From Candidatus Muiribacteriota bacterium (GTDB taxonomy: Bacteria > Muiribacteriota > Muiribacteriia > Muiribacteriales > Muiribacteriaceae), in NCBI GenBank assembly GCA_051747805.1, contig JBNJGP010000052.1:1-18013 (forward strand): 18,013 nt of DNA, in the 5' to 3' direction. The notes below the pieces were generated by a model that was not told where the DNA came from, searched no databases, and worked only from the letters and a program-made list of their open reading frames with translations. Below are positions 8,063 through 17,078 of the stretch, piece after piece. The translations under genes and the position numbers were made by a program. Position 1 is the stretch's first letter. Each line of letters begins with the position of its first letter.

Positions 8063-8736
8063 AAGCCTGTGTTGTTCAGTTTGCCGGTTCTAACTGTGAT
8101 ATGGACTCGTTTAATTTTTTAAGTGATACTCTTGGTATTGAAACAGATTTAATCTGGCATAAACAAAGACTTCAAAAAAAATATGATTTAATACTGCTAC
8201 CAGGAGGATTTTCATATGGAGATTATTTAAGACCAGGAGCTATTGCAAAATTTTCAAATATAATGAATGATGTTTTAACTCATATTAAAGAGGGCAGACT
8301 TACAATAGGAATATGTAATGGTTTTCAGATTTTATGTGAATGCGACGCTCTTCCCGGAGTGCTTTTAAGAAATAAATATATGAAATTTATCTGTAAAGAT
8401 GTCTATGTTAAAGTTATAAATCAAAAAATTTCCAGAAATATCAAAAGCAAAGTATTATCGTTGCCTGTGGCACATATGGATGGTAACTATTATGCTGAAG
8501 AAGAAACTGTAAAAAAACTTGTTGATGAGGATAGGGTGCTTTTAAAATATTCGGATTCAAAAGGAAAAACTGAAAGAATATATAATCCAAACGGTTCTTC
8601 TGAAAATATAGCCGGTATAGTAAATGAGGGTGGGAATGTATTTGGTATGATGCCCCACCCAGAAAGAAATCCGGATAATATTCTCGGAAATGGTGATGGG
8701 TCGGAAATAGTAAAAACAATTCTAAATAATAAATAA
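8059..8736 (+). CDS. purQ: FGAM synthase glutaminase subunit PurQ
   Basis: [28 protein letters not shown] and GMMPHPER (Cys-His-Glu triad). ATGA overlap with purS. Confidence 0.97.
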   Translation: MKACVVQFAGSNCDMDSFNFLSDTLGIETDLIWHKQRLQKKYDLILLPGGFSYGDYLRPGAIAKFSNIMNDVLTHIKEGRLTIGICNGFQILCECDALPGVLLRNKYMKFICKDVYVKVINQKISRNIKSKVLSLPVAHMDGNYYAEEETVKKLVDEDRVLLKYSDSKGKTERIYNPNGSSENIAGIVNEGGNVFGMMPHPERNPDNILGNGDGSEIVKTILNNK

Positions 8737-8761
8737 CAAAATCCAATACTTGGAGGAGTTA

Positions 8762-10897
8762 ATGAAAACAGATTATAAGAAAATGGGTTTAACAGAAAAA
8801 GAATGGAATAAAATAAACTCCTTTTTAAAAAGAGAACCGAATTTAACAGAAACAGGAATTATATCTGTAATGTGGTCAGAACACTGCTCTTATAAGAATT
8901 CAAAAAAGCATCTTAAAAAATTTCCGGTTGAGGGAGAAAATATACTTCAGGGGCCGGGAGAAAATGCCGGAATTGTAGATATTGGGGATGAGCTGGCAGT
9001 AACTTTTAAAATAGAAAGCCATAATCATCCTTCCGCAGTTGAGCCCTATCAGGGTGCTGCAACGGGTGTGGGTGGTATTTTAAGAGATATTTTTACAATG
9101 GGTGCAAGACCATTTTCAATTCTGAATTCATTAAGATTCGGCTCACTTCAGCTTCCGGAAAACCGGCATATTTTTGAGGGTGTTGTTTCAGGTATTGCAG
9201 GATATGGAAACTGCATGGGTGTACCAACAGTTGGCGGAGAAATTTATTTTAATAAATGCTATAATACAAATCCTCTGGTTAATGTTATGGCTGCGGGGTT
9301 AATAAAGCATAATCAGATAAAACGCTCGGCAGCAAGCGGAGTGGGTTATCCAGTTTTTATAGTTGGTTCAAAAACCGGTAGAGACGGGATACACGGAGCA
9401 ACTTTTGCCTCTGATGAGCTTTCAGATAATTCTATTGAGGATAGAGCCTCGGTTCAGGTTGGAGACCCGTTTATGGAAAAACTGCTTATGGAAGCCTGTC
9501 TTGAGCTTTTTAAGTATGATTATATTACAGGTATTCAGGATATGGGGGCGGCAGGGTTAACTTGTTCAACTTTTGAAATGGCCCATAAGGCAAAAGGAGG
9601 TATGGAAATTAACCTTAATTATGTGCCTCAGCGCGAGGAAAATATGACCCCGTATGAAATAATGCTTTCTGAATCTCAAGAAAGAATGTTAATGGTTGTA
9701 AAACCAGGTTTTGAAGAAAAAGTAAAACAAATTTTTAATAAATGGGATGTGAATATTGCAGAAATTGGAAAAGTAATTGAAAATAATGAAGTTATTATAA
9801 AAAATGGAAAAAAAATTGTTGCCTCGTTACCTGTTGATTTTGTTGTAGAAGGATTTCCAGTCTATCACAGAGAGGAAAAAAAACCATCCTATATGGGCAG
9901 TATAAATCTTCAGAAAAATGAAATTGAAGAGCTTCCATGTAGGAATATTCAGACTAGTTTAAAAATTCTTTTAAATTCACCTGATTTAAAATCGCGGGAA
10001 GAAGTTTACTCTCAGTATGACTATCAAGTTGGGGCAAATACTCTTAAAAAACCGGGCGAGGCAGATTCTGCCTGTATAAGAATAAGAGGAACAAATAAGG
10101 CAGTTGGTATGACAACCGACTGTAACTCAATATACTGTTATATTGATCCTTATATGGGCGCCAAAATGGCAGTTTATGAAAGTGCCCGAAACCTTGCTGC
10201 TTCCGGACTGAAACCGCTTGCGGTAACTAACTGTCTTAATTTTGGAAACCCTCTGGAGCCTGAGGTTTATTATCAGTTTGCAAAATGCACGGATGGAATA
10301 GCGGATGCGTGCCGGGAACTTAATACACCTGTAACAGGAGGAAACGTTTCCTTTTATAATCAAAATCAGAAAAAGGCGGTGCATCCAACACCGGTTATTG
10401 GAATGGTGGGAATGACAGAAGATTTTAACAGTTTAAAATCAAATTCGATTAAAAAAGATATGATAGTTGGATTGATAGGTAAAAACTATTGTAATATCGG
10501 AGGCAGCCAGTATTTAAAGAATATATTTAATATGGAAAAAGGCCCTCTTATTCCAGTGGATGTTGAAGAAGAGAAAAAATTAATTTTATTTATTCTTGAA
10601 AATATTTCCCTTTTTGGCGGAATACATGATGTTTCAGAAGGAGGAATAGCCTGTTGTCTCTATGAAAGTTTAAAAAAAGGGGAAACTGGAGCTAAACTTC
10701 AATTTGAATATGATTTCCGTAAAGATTTTTATCTTTTTTCTGAAAGTCCGGGTAGGTATATTTTTGGAGCGTATGCCCGGGATTTTGCCAACCTGGAAAA
10801 AAAAGCAGATGAGTTTGATGTTGAACTTAAAAAGCTTGGAATTGCCGTAGGGAAGAATTTAATTATAAATGATGAAATTAATTTGGAGATTTTATGA
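8762..10897 (+). CDS. purL: FGAM synthase small-type PurL subunit
   Basis: [65 protein letters not shown]. Start set at ATG 8762; the ORF-track TTG 8750 overlaps the SD GGAGGAG. Confidence 0.97.
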   Translation: MKTDYKKMGLTEKEWNKINSFLKREPNLTETGIISVMWSEHCSYKNSKKHLKKFPVEGENILQGPGENAGIVDIGDELAVTFKIESHNHPSAVEPYQGAATGVGGILRDIFTMGARPFSILNSLRFGSLQLPENRHIFEGVVSGIAGYGNCMGVPTVGGEIYFNKCYNTNPLVNVMAAGLIKHNQIKRSAASGVGYPVFIVGSKTGRDGIHGATFASDELSDNSIEDRASVQVGDPFMEKLLMEACLELFKYDYITGIQDMGAAGLTCSTFEMAHKAKGGMEINLNYVPQREENMTPYEIMLSESQERMLMVVKPGFEEKVKQIFNKWDVNIAEIGKVIENNEVIIKNGKKIVASLPVDFVVEGFPVYHREEKKPSYMGSINLQKNEIEELPCRNIQTSLKILLNSPDLKSREEVYSQYDYQVGANTLKKPGEADSACIRIRGTNKAVGMTTDCNSIYCYIDPYMGAKMAVYESARNLAASGLKPLAVTNCLNFGNPLEPEVYYQFAKCTDGIADACRELNTPVTGGNVSFYNQNQKKAVHPTPVIGMVGMTEDFNSLKSNSIKKDMIVGLIGKNYCNIGGSQYLKNIFNMEKGPLIPVDVEEEKKLILFILENISLFGGIHDVSEGGIACCLYESLKKGETGAKLQFEYDFRKDFYLFSESPGRYIFGAYARDFANLEKKADEFDVELKKLGIAVGKNLIINDEINLEIL

Positions 10898-12234
10898 CAT
10901 TATATGGACTGCAGGAGGAGTGCGGAATTTTTGGAATAATTTCACCGGAATTTAAAAAGCTGGCCAATCTCACTTATTACGGACTTTATTCTCTTCAACA
11001 CAGAGGACAGGAAAGTGCGGGAATAGCTGTATCTGATACAGAAAATATTTCAAGTATGAAAGAAATGGGACTTGTAAGCGAAGTGTTTGATGAGGAGCAT
11101 CTTGAACGTATGAGGGGAAATCTGGCAATAGGTCATGTTCGTTATACAACTTCCGGAAGCAGCTCAAGAATGAATGTGCAGCCTATTATTTCCACTTTTA
11201 AATATGGGACAGTTGCAATTGCTCATAATGGAAATATTACAAATGCAGATTATTTAAAAAAAGAATTAGAAGATGATGGGGCGATATTTCAAACCGATTC
11301 CGATACTGAAATTCTACTTCATTTAATTTCACGAAGCTCTCAGAATAACTTTTTAAATGCTTTAAGAGATGAACTGTGTAAGCTTGAAGGAGCTTTTTCT
11401 TTTGTGATTATTCACAAGGATAAGTTAATTGCGGTTAAAGATAAAAAATCTATAAGACCTCTCTGTATTGGAAGATTAAAGAAAAAAATCGTTATTTCTT
11501 CAGAAACTTGTGCTCTTGATATGATAGGAGCAAAATTAATAAGGGAAATGGAACCTGCTGAGGTTTATTCAATTGATTTAAATGGAAACGAGGAAATATT
11601 TAAATATGAAAAAAATCCTCAGATAAATTTCTGTGTTTTTGAATATATATATTTTGCCCGGCCAGACAGCACTTTTTTTAATATAAACGTTCATGAGGCA
11701 AGAAAAAAAATGGGGAGAATTCTGGCAAGAAAACATCCTGTTAAGGCTGACCTTGTTATTCCTGTTCCGGATTCTGGAATATCTGCTGCCCTGGGTTATT
11801 CAGAAGAATCAAAAATACCGTATGAAAAAGGGATTATAAGAAATCATTATATTGGACGCACGTTTATTAATCCAACGCAGGAACTCAGGAATATGAAGGT
11901 GAAGATGAAGTTGAACTGTATAAAAAGTGTGATTGAGGGCAAGAAGGTTGTTTTAATTGATGATTCAATTGTAAGAGGAACTACCAGTAAAAAGATTGTA
12001 AAACTTGTTAAAGAGGCCGGGGCAGAAGAGGTTCATGTAAGAATAAGTTCTCCACCAGTTCTTAATCCGTGTTTTTTTGGAATGGATACTAGAGAAAAAG
12101 ATGAGTTAATTGCAAACAGTCGATCAGTTGAGGATATAAGGCGTTATATAAAAGCCCACAGTCTTGAGTACATTCATAAAAATGAACTGCTGAAATGTTT
12201 TGAAAATCTAAGTCTTTGTCATATTTGTTTTTAA
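10894..12234 (+). CDS. purF: Amidophosphoribosyltransferase (propeptide/Fe-S type)
   Basis: Short propeptide then [24 protein letters not shown] motif [13 protein letters not shown]. Four Fe-S Cys in the B. subtilis pattern ([19 protein letters not shown]). Confidence 0.97.
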   Translation: MTLYGLQEECGIFGIISPEFKKLANLTYYGLYSLQHRGQESAGIAVSDTENISSMKEMGLVSEVFDEEHLERMRGNLAIGHVRYTTSGSSSRMNVQPIISTFKYGTVAIAHNGNITNADYLKKELEDDGAIFQTDSDTEILLHLISRSSQNNFLNALRDELCKLEGAFSFVIIHKDKLIAVKDKKSIRPLCIGRLKKKIVISSETCALDMIGAKLIREMEPAEVYSIDLNGNEEIFKYEKNPQINFCVFEYIYFARPDSTFFNINVHEARKKMGRILARKHPVKADLVIPVPDSGISAALGYSEESKIPYEKGIIRNHYIGRTFINPTQELRNMKVKMKLNCIKSVIEGKKVVLIDDSIVRGTTSKKIVKLVKEAGAEEVHVRISSPPVLNPCFFGMDTREKDELIANSRSVEDIRRYIKAHSLEYIHKNELLKCFENLSLCHICF

Positions 12235-12244
12235 AGGAGATGTT

Positions 12245-13228
12245 ATGGGAAAATTAACATATGAGAATTCTGGAGTGGATATTAATAAAGGAGACAGAGT
12301 AATAAATTCCATTAAAGAAAATGTTAAATCTACATATATACCAGGCGTATTAAATGATTTAGGTGGATTTGCAGGTTTATTTGAAATAAAAAATTATAAA
12401 GAACCTGTTCTTGTTTCGGGAACTGATGGTGTGGGAACCAAACTTAAAGTTGCAATAGAGGCCGAAAAATATGATACTATAGGAATTGACCTTGTGGCAA
12501 TGTGTGTAAATGATATTTTAACCTGTGGGGCAAAACCCCTGTTTTTTCTTGATTATGTTGCTATAGGGAAGCTTGAAGAGGATAAGTTCAAACACATAAT
12601 TTCTGGAATATCAAAAGGCTGTATTAAGGCTGGATGTGCTCTGTTAGGCGGCGAAACTGCTGAAATGCCTGGAATGTACAGGGGGCAGGATTTTGACGTT
12701 GCGGGATTTGCCCTTGGAGCATGTGAAAAATCCAGGTTAATTACAGGAAAAAATATAAAAGCAGGTGATATTATTTTAGGTTTTCCGTCGTCCGGATTTC
12801 ATTCTAATGGATATTCTCTTCTCAGAAAGCTTTTTTTTGAAAAAATGAATCTGAATATTAATGATTATTTAGCTGAAGAGAAAAAAACAGTTCAACAAAT
12901 TTTATTAAACCCCACAAAAATTTATGTAAAAGAAGTTTTAGAAATCCTGAAAAAATATGAAATTAAGGGGATGTCTCATATAACTGGGGGGGGACTAGAG
13001 GGAAATATTTCCAGAATTATTCCCCAAAAACTGAAAATAAAATTAGATAAAGGCTCGCTTCCTTATTTTCCAGGGTTAAAAACAGTACAAAAACATATTG
13101 AAGAAAAGGAACTTTTTAAAGTATTTAACATGGGAATTGGTTTTACTCTAATTGTTGAGCCTGGTATATGTTCTCAAGTTGAGAAGGAGTTTAATTTAAT
13201 TAAAATTGGAGAAGTTATTAATCAATAA
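12245..13228 (+). CDS. purM: AIR synthetase (phosphoribosylformylglycinamidine cyclo-ligase)
   Basis: TYENSGVDI, GTDGVGTK, DLVAMCVND, GGETAEMPG, SSGFHSNGYSL, HITGGGL, FNMGIG. Confidence 0.97.
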   Translation: MGKLTYENSGVDINKGDRVINSIKENVKSTYIPGVLNDLGGFAGLFEIKNYKEPVLVSGTDGVGTKLKVAIEAEKYDTIGIDLVAMCVNDILTCGAKPLFFLDYVAIGKLEEDKFKHIISGISKGCIKAGCALLGGETAEMPGMYRGQDFDVAGFALGACEKSRLITGKNIKAGDIILGFPSSGFHSNGYSLLRKLFFEKMNLNINDYLAEEKKTVQQILLNPTKIYVKEVLEILKKYEIKGMSHITGGGLEGNISRIIPQKLKIKLDKGSLPYFPGLKTVQKHIEEKELFKVFNMGIGFTLIVEPGICSQVEKEFNLIKIGEVINQ

Positions 13229-13322
13229 TCAAAAAAAACCAAACGGGGTCTAATTTGTGTAGGCCTGCCCACTCGCTTTATAATTTTTTAATGGAAACAG
13301 GTTAACTTTTCTAAACTTAAGC

Positions 13323-13351
13323 TTGAATAAATAAAAGGTGTCTGATAATAT
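13323..13351 (+). promoter_or_regulatory. Internal sigma70-type promoter of the purN leader
   Basis: TTGAAT (13323-13328) - 17 bp - TGn-TAATAT (13346-13351). Same -10 context and downstream CATTAAAAGA as the purB promoter. Confidence 0.7.
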
Positions 13352-13393
13352 CTTAACCATTAAAAGACAGCAGTAAAATATTTTTATAAAATA

Positions 13394-13470
13394 GAATATA
13401 CGTATAAATTCGCTGATATGGTGCGGAAGTTTCTACCGGAAAACCGTAAATTTTCCGACTACGGATATTC
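13394..13470 (+). ncRNA. Second purine (guanine-sensing) riboswitch aptamer upstream of purN
   Basis: CGUA UAA AUUCGCU GAUAUGG UGCGGAA GUUUCUAC CGGAAAA CCGUAAA UUUUCCG AC UACG, with C discriminator. 13425-13479 is identical to 5698-5752. Confidence 0.95.
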
Positions 13471-13481
13471 ATCAGGTATAA

Positions 13482-13514
13482 AAAAAGGCCGGTGAATATT
13501 CACTGGCTTTTTTT
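13482..13514 (+). terminator. Riboswitch expression-platform terminator
   Basis: GGCCGGTGAATATTCACTGGC stem (with G-U pairs) followed by T7 (13508-13514). Same antiterminator complementarity as copy 1. Confidence 0.88.
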
Positions 13515-13533
13515 ATTTATTTGGAGTTTTTAT

Positions 13534-14091
13534 ATGAAAAAAGGTATTATACTTGTATCTGGAAGAGGCTCAAATATGATGTCAATAATTGAGGCTGTTA
13601 AAGAAAAAAAAATCAAAAACTTCTTTATTGAAGGAGTTTATTCAGATAAAAAAAAACCCACTGCTTTTAAGTATTTAAGAGAAAAAAATATAAAACATGA
13701 ATTTTTATCATCAAAAATAAAAAAATTTGAAAAAAAACTTTCAAAAATTATAGAAGAAAATAATATTGATTATATTATTCTTGCAGGGTTTATGAGAATT
13801 TTAACCCCTGAGTTTGTATCAGTATATAAAAATCAAATTATTAACATTCATCCTTCGCTACTACCTTCTTTTCCCGGGCTGAATGCACAAAAACAGGCCT
13901 GGGATTATGGGGTGAAATATACAGGCGTTACAGTACATTTTGTAGATGAAGGAGTTGATACAGGTAAAATAATTTATCAGAATATTTATAAGATTAAGCC
14001 CAGAAAAGGGTTTGATTATTTTAAAGAGGATTTACTTAAACTTGAACATAAAACATATATAGAGGCATTACAAAAAATTTTGGAGGGTTAA
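13534..14091 (+). CDS. purN: Phosphoribosylglycinamide formyltransferase
   Basis: SGRGSN, LAGFMRIL, INIHPSLLPSFPG, TGVTVHFVDEGVDTGKII. Start set at ATG 13534 after GGAG; the ORF-track GTG is in the terminator. Confidence 0.96.
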   Translation: MKKGIILVSGRGSNMMSIIEAVKEKKIKNFFIEGVYSDKKKPTAFKYLREKNIKHEFLSSKIKKFEKKLSKIIEENNIDYIILAGFMRILTPEFVSVYKNQIINIHPSLLPSFPGLNAQKQAWDYGVKYTGVTVHFVDEGVDTGKIIYQNIYKIKPRKGFDYFKEDLLKLEHKTYIEALQKILEG

Positions 14092-15603
14092 ATGACAAAG
14101 AATGCTTTAATAAGTGTATGGGATAAAAAGGGAATAATAGAACTTGCAGAAGAATTTGAGAAAAAATCTGTGAATATTATTGCTACAGGTACAACATGCA
14201 AATTTTTAAGAAAAAGGGGATTTAACCCTGTAGAGGTTTCTGAAATTACAGATTTTCCTGAAATTTTAAATGGTAGAGTAAAAACATTAAATCCTAAAAT
14301 TTTTGGTGGAATTCTTTTTAAGAGAGATAATCAGAAACATAATAATGAAGTTCAGAAACATGAAATTCCCTCAATAGATTATATTGTCTGTAATCTTTAT
14401 CCTTTTGAAAAAGTTTTATGGGAAAACTTAAAAGAGGAGGAACTTGACGAATATATAGATATTGGCGGAGTAAGTCTTTTGAGGGCGGCAGCAAAGGCTA
14501 ATATTCCGGTTCTTTCAGATATTGAGCAGTACAGAGAGTTTATTTATAAAATAAACGAAGATAATATAGATAATGAATATATAAAAAAATTAAAAGCGTT
14601 TGCTTTTATTAAAACGGCCTCATATGATTTTGCCATATCCAGATATTATGCCTCAAAATTACCAGGAATTAATATGGATATGAGCTTTAAAGGAGAAAGA
14701 TTATTAAGATACGGAGAAAACCCACATCAGAAAGCATGGTTTTTCAGAGATGTTCATGCACCTTATGCTCTTTCTGATGCTGAAGTATTACAGGGTAAAA
14801 AAATTTCCTATAATAATTATCTGGATATGGAAGGGGCAATTTCTACAATAAAAGATTTTAATGATGAAAAATGCTGTGTAGTTTTAAAACATGGAAATGC
14901 CTGTGGTCTTGCTGTTGGAGATAATAATACGGAAATTTACAAAAGGGCGCTGGCAGGAGACCCTCTTTCAGCTTTTGGAGGTATAGTTTGTTTTAATTAC
15001 AAAGTTGATAAAGAAACTGCGCTTGAAGTAAAGAAACATTTTTTTGAAATAATAATTGCACCTGAATTTGATGGAGAAGCACTTGATATCCTTGGTAAAA
15101 AGAAGAATTTGCGTCTTGTTTTATATAAAAATTTTGCCTCAAGAGAAAAATATACTTTTATGCCTGTTGAAGGCGGAATTCTTTATCAGGAAAAAGACTG
15201 GTGGAAAGATATATCAGATGAAATAGAAACAGTAACAGAGAATAAGCCGGATAATAAGGATATTAAAGAGCTTGAGTTTGCTTTTAAGGCTGTGAAAAAC
15301 ATTAAATCAAATGCAATAGTTGTTTCTTCCGGAAAGACGCTTCTTGGAATGGGGGCGGGTCAACCCTCCAGGGTAGATGCCGTGGAAATTGCCTTAAAAA
15401 AAGCAGGGGAACAAAAAAAAGGGTCCTATCTTGCCTCAGATGCTTTTTTTCCTTTTCCAGACGCAGTAGAAAAAGCCTGTGAGGCTGGAATTAAAGCTAT
15501 TATTCAACCTGGAGGTTCTAAAAACGATAAAAAAGTTATAGAAAAAGCAGATGAGCTTGGTTTAATAATGATAATGACCGGAAAAAGGCATTTTAGACAT
15601 TAA
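14092..15603 (+). CDS. purH: Bifunctional AICAR transformylase / IMP cyclohydrolase
   Basis: ALISVWDK, GRVKTL, IDIGG, LRYGENPHQ, KHGNACG, SAFGG, KSNAIV, ASDAFFPF, IIQPGGS, RHFRH. Confidence 0.97.
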   Translation: MTKNALISVWDKKGIIELAEEFEKKSVNIIATGTTCKFLRKRGFNPVEVSEITDFPEILNGRVKTLNPKIFGGILFKRDNQKHNNEVQKHEIPSIDYIVCNLYPFEKVLWENLKEEELDEYIDIGGVSLLRAAAKANIPVLSDIEQYREFIYKINEDNIDNEYIKKLKAFAFIKTASYDFAISRYYASKLPGINMDMSFKGERLLRYGENPHQKAWFFRDVHAPYALSDAEVLQGKKISYNNYLDMEGAISTIKDFNDEKCCVVLKHGNACGLAVGDNNTEIYKRALAGDPLSAFGGIVCFNYKVDKETALEVKKHFFEIIIAPEFDGEALDILGKKKNLRLVLYKNFASREKYTFMPVEGGILYQEKDWWKDISDEIETVTENKPDNKDIKELEFAFKAVKNIKSNAIVVSSGKTLLGMGAGQPSRVDAVEIALKKAGEQKKGSYLASDAFFPFPDAVEKACEAGIKAIIQPGGSKNDKKVIEKADELGLIMIMTGKRHFRH

Positions 15604-15613
15604 AATTAAAATT

Positions 15614-15767
15614 TTGAGTTTAGCAAATTTTTTTAAAAGACTTTTTTGGTCAGGCCTAAAGAAAAGTAAAAAGCTTTCAGCTTAGTAAAATCACCTAAAG
15701 GTGATAGTAAAGTTATCTAACGATAACAGTAAAGTAAATTAAAATTTCTATTTTTTGTTAAACTCAA
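15614..15767 (+). other. Unassigned structured element: 14-bp closing stem enclosing an array of hairpins joined by AGTAAA linkers
   Basis: TTGAGTTTAGCAAA (15614-15627) pairs with TTTGTTAAACTCAA (15754-15767), one G-U. AGTAAA occurs at 15665, 15684, 15706 and 15728, flanking AAGCT-TTC-AGCTT, ATCACC-TAAA-GGTGAT and GTTATC-TAAC-GATAAC. Confidence 0.7.
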
Positions 15768-15795
15768 GTTAAAAATAAAAGTCAGGGAGTAAATT

Positions 15796-17013
15796 ATGAG
15801 GGTTTTAATTCTTGGAAGTGATGCTAGAAGTCATTGTATTGCCTGGAAATTATATCAGAGCGAATATGTTAAAAAAATTTATGCATATCCCGGTAATGCA
15901 GGAATTTTCTCAGTAAGTCATGAAACCACAATTAAAAGTGACTGTTTTCAGGATATATATGAGTTCTGTCGTAAAAAACAGATAAACTCAATTTTTGTTG
16001 GACCTGAAAAATTTTTATGTGACGGTATATATGATTTTTTTAAAAAAAGAAGTATAGAGGTTTTTGGTCCTTCTTATGACGGGGCAAAACTTGAAGGAAG
16101 TAAATCTTTTGCTAAAACATTCATGAAAAAATACGGAATACCAACGGCAGATCATAAAGAGTTTGAAAATAAAGAAAAGTTAAAAAATTATATTCAAAAT
16201 CTTTCTTTTCCTGTTGTCTTAAAATATGACGGGCTTTTTGGTGGTAAAGGAGTTCGGGTATGTCATAATAAAAACGAGGTAGAAGAACATTTAAGTAAAT
16301 GTAATGAGGGTAAATTTATCATTGAGGAGTTTCTTGAGGGTGATGAAGCGTCGCTTATTTGTTTTATGGATGGAAAAACTATTAAACCTATGATTTATGC
16401 AAGGGATTATAAAAAATCCCATGATGGCGACAAAGGATTAAATACTGGAGGAATGGGAGCTTTTTCAAATCCCTATATAAGTAAAGAAGATAGAAAAAAA
16501 GTTTTAGAAGAAATTGTTGAACCAACTTTTGAGGGGGTTGTAACAGAAGGAATAAAATATTCAGGTGTAATTTATATTGGATTAATGTTTACCTCAAAAG
16601 GACCAAAAGTAATTGAATATAATGTCCGGTTTGGTGACCCTGAAACTCAGGTTCTTCTTCCGCTTTTGAAAACAGACCTTGGGCTGATTATGAAAAAAAT
16701 TTTTAAACAGCAGCTGGATGAAATAAAACTTCAGTGGCAGGAAAAAGAAGCATTATGTGTAGTTCTTGCAGGTAGCGGATATCCAAAACATTATGAAAAG
16801 GGAAAAAGAATAAATATTAATAAAACAATAAAAACACTTATTTTCATGGCCGGGGTTAAGCAAGCTAACAGACATTTTTTAACAGATGGCGGTAGAGTTA
16901 TGAGCGTTGTTGCAAAGGCAAAGGAGCTGAGCGAGGCTAAAAGAATAGCCTATAAGGAAATTAATAAAATTTATTTTAATAATATGTATTACAGAAAAGA
17001 TATTGGTGCTTAA
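15796..17013 (+). CDS. purD: Phosphoribosylamine--glycine ligase (GAR synthetase)
   Basis: PGNAG, VGPE, KLEGSKSFAK, GKGV, IEEFLEG, DYKK..DGDKGLNTGGMGA, EYNVRFGDPETQ, GGRV, YRKDIG. Confidence 0.95.
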   Translation: MRVLILGSDARSHCIAWKLYQSEYVKKIYAYPGNAGIFSVSHETTIKSDCFQDIYEFCRKKQINSIFVGPEKFLCDGIYDFFKKRSIEVFGPSYDGAKLEGSKSFAKTFMKKYGIPTADHKEFENKEKLKNYIQNLSFPVVLKYDGLFGGKGVRVCHNKNEVEEHLSKCNEGKFIIEEFLEGDEASLICFMDGKTIKPMIYARDYKKSHDGDKGLNTGGMGAFSNPYISKEDRKKVLEEIVEPTFEGVVTEGIKYSGVIYIGLMFTSKGPKVIEYNVRFGDPETQVLLPLLKTDLGLIMKKIFKQQLDEIKLQWQEKEALCVVLAGSGYPKHYEKGKRININKTIKTLIFMAGVKQANRHFLTDGGRVMSVVAKAKELSEAKRIAYKEINKIYFNNMYYRKDIGA

Positions 17014-17078
17014 TTACTTTACTTTGCGAAAAGTCGAAGTGTGTAAATCTTACTAATAAAGGGTTTAAGGAGATTTCA

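Noticed and set aside
2643..11167. Short alternative-frame or antisense ORFs (2643-3035, 3073-3264, 3610-3822, 4474-4692, 4521-4730, 5542-5745, 6023-6208, 6449-6667, 7042-7305, 8441-8746, 9363-9560, 10127-10384, 10970-11167)
   Set aside because: They overlap better-supported genes or the riboswitch and have no recognisable motifs; treated as shadow ORFs.
13246..13266. Terminator after purM
   Set aside because: Only a 7-bp stem with two G-U pairs and no adjacent U tract.
2161..13533. ORF-track starts at 2161, 5769, 7069, 8750 and 13492
   Set aside because: They fall in a -35 box, riboswitch terminators, the upstream gene or the SD itself. Downstream starts with proper SD spacing match the family N-termini.
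15665..15748. AGTAAA array as a mini-CRISPR or type III antitoxin repeat
   Set aside because: The repeat is only 6 nt, the 'spacers' are 13-16 nt and self-complementary, and there is no cas or toxin gene in the window.
15604..15795. ZTP, PRPP (ykkC) or third purine riboswitch before purD; retron msr-msd
   Set aside because: None of the conserved riboswitch cores is visible and no reverse transcriptase gene is present.
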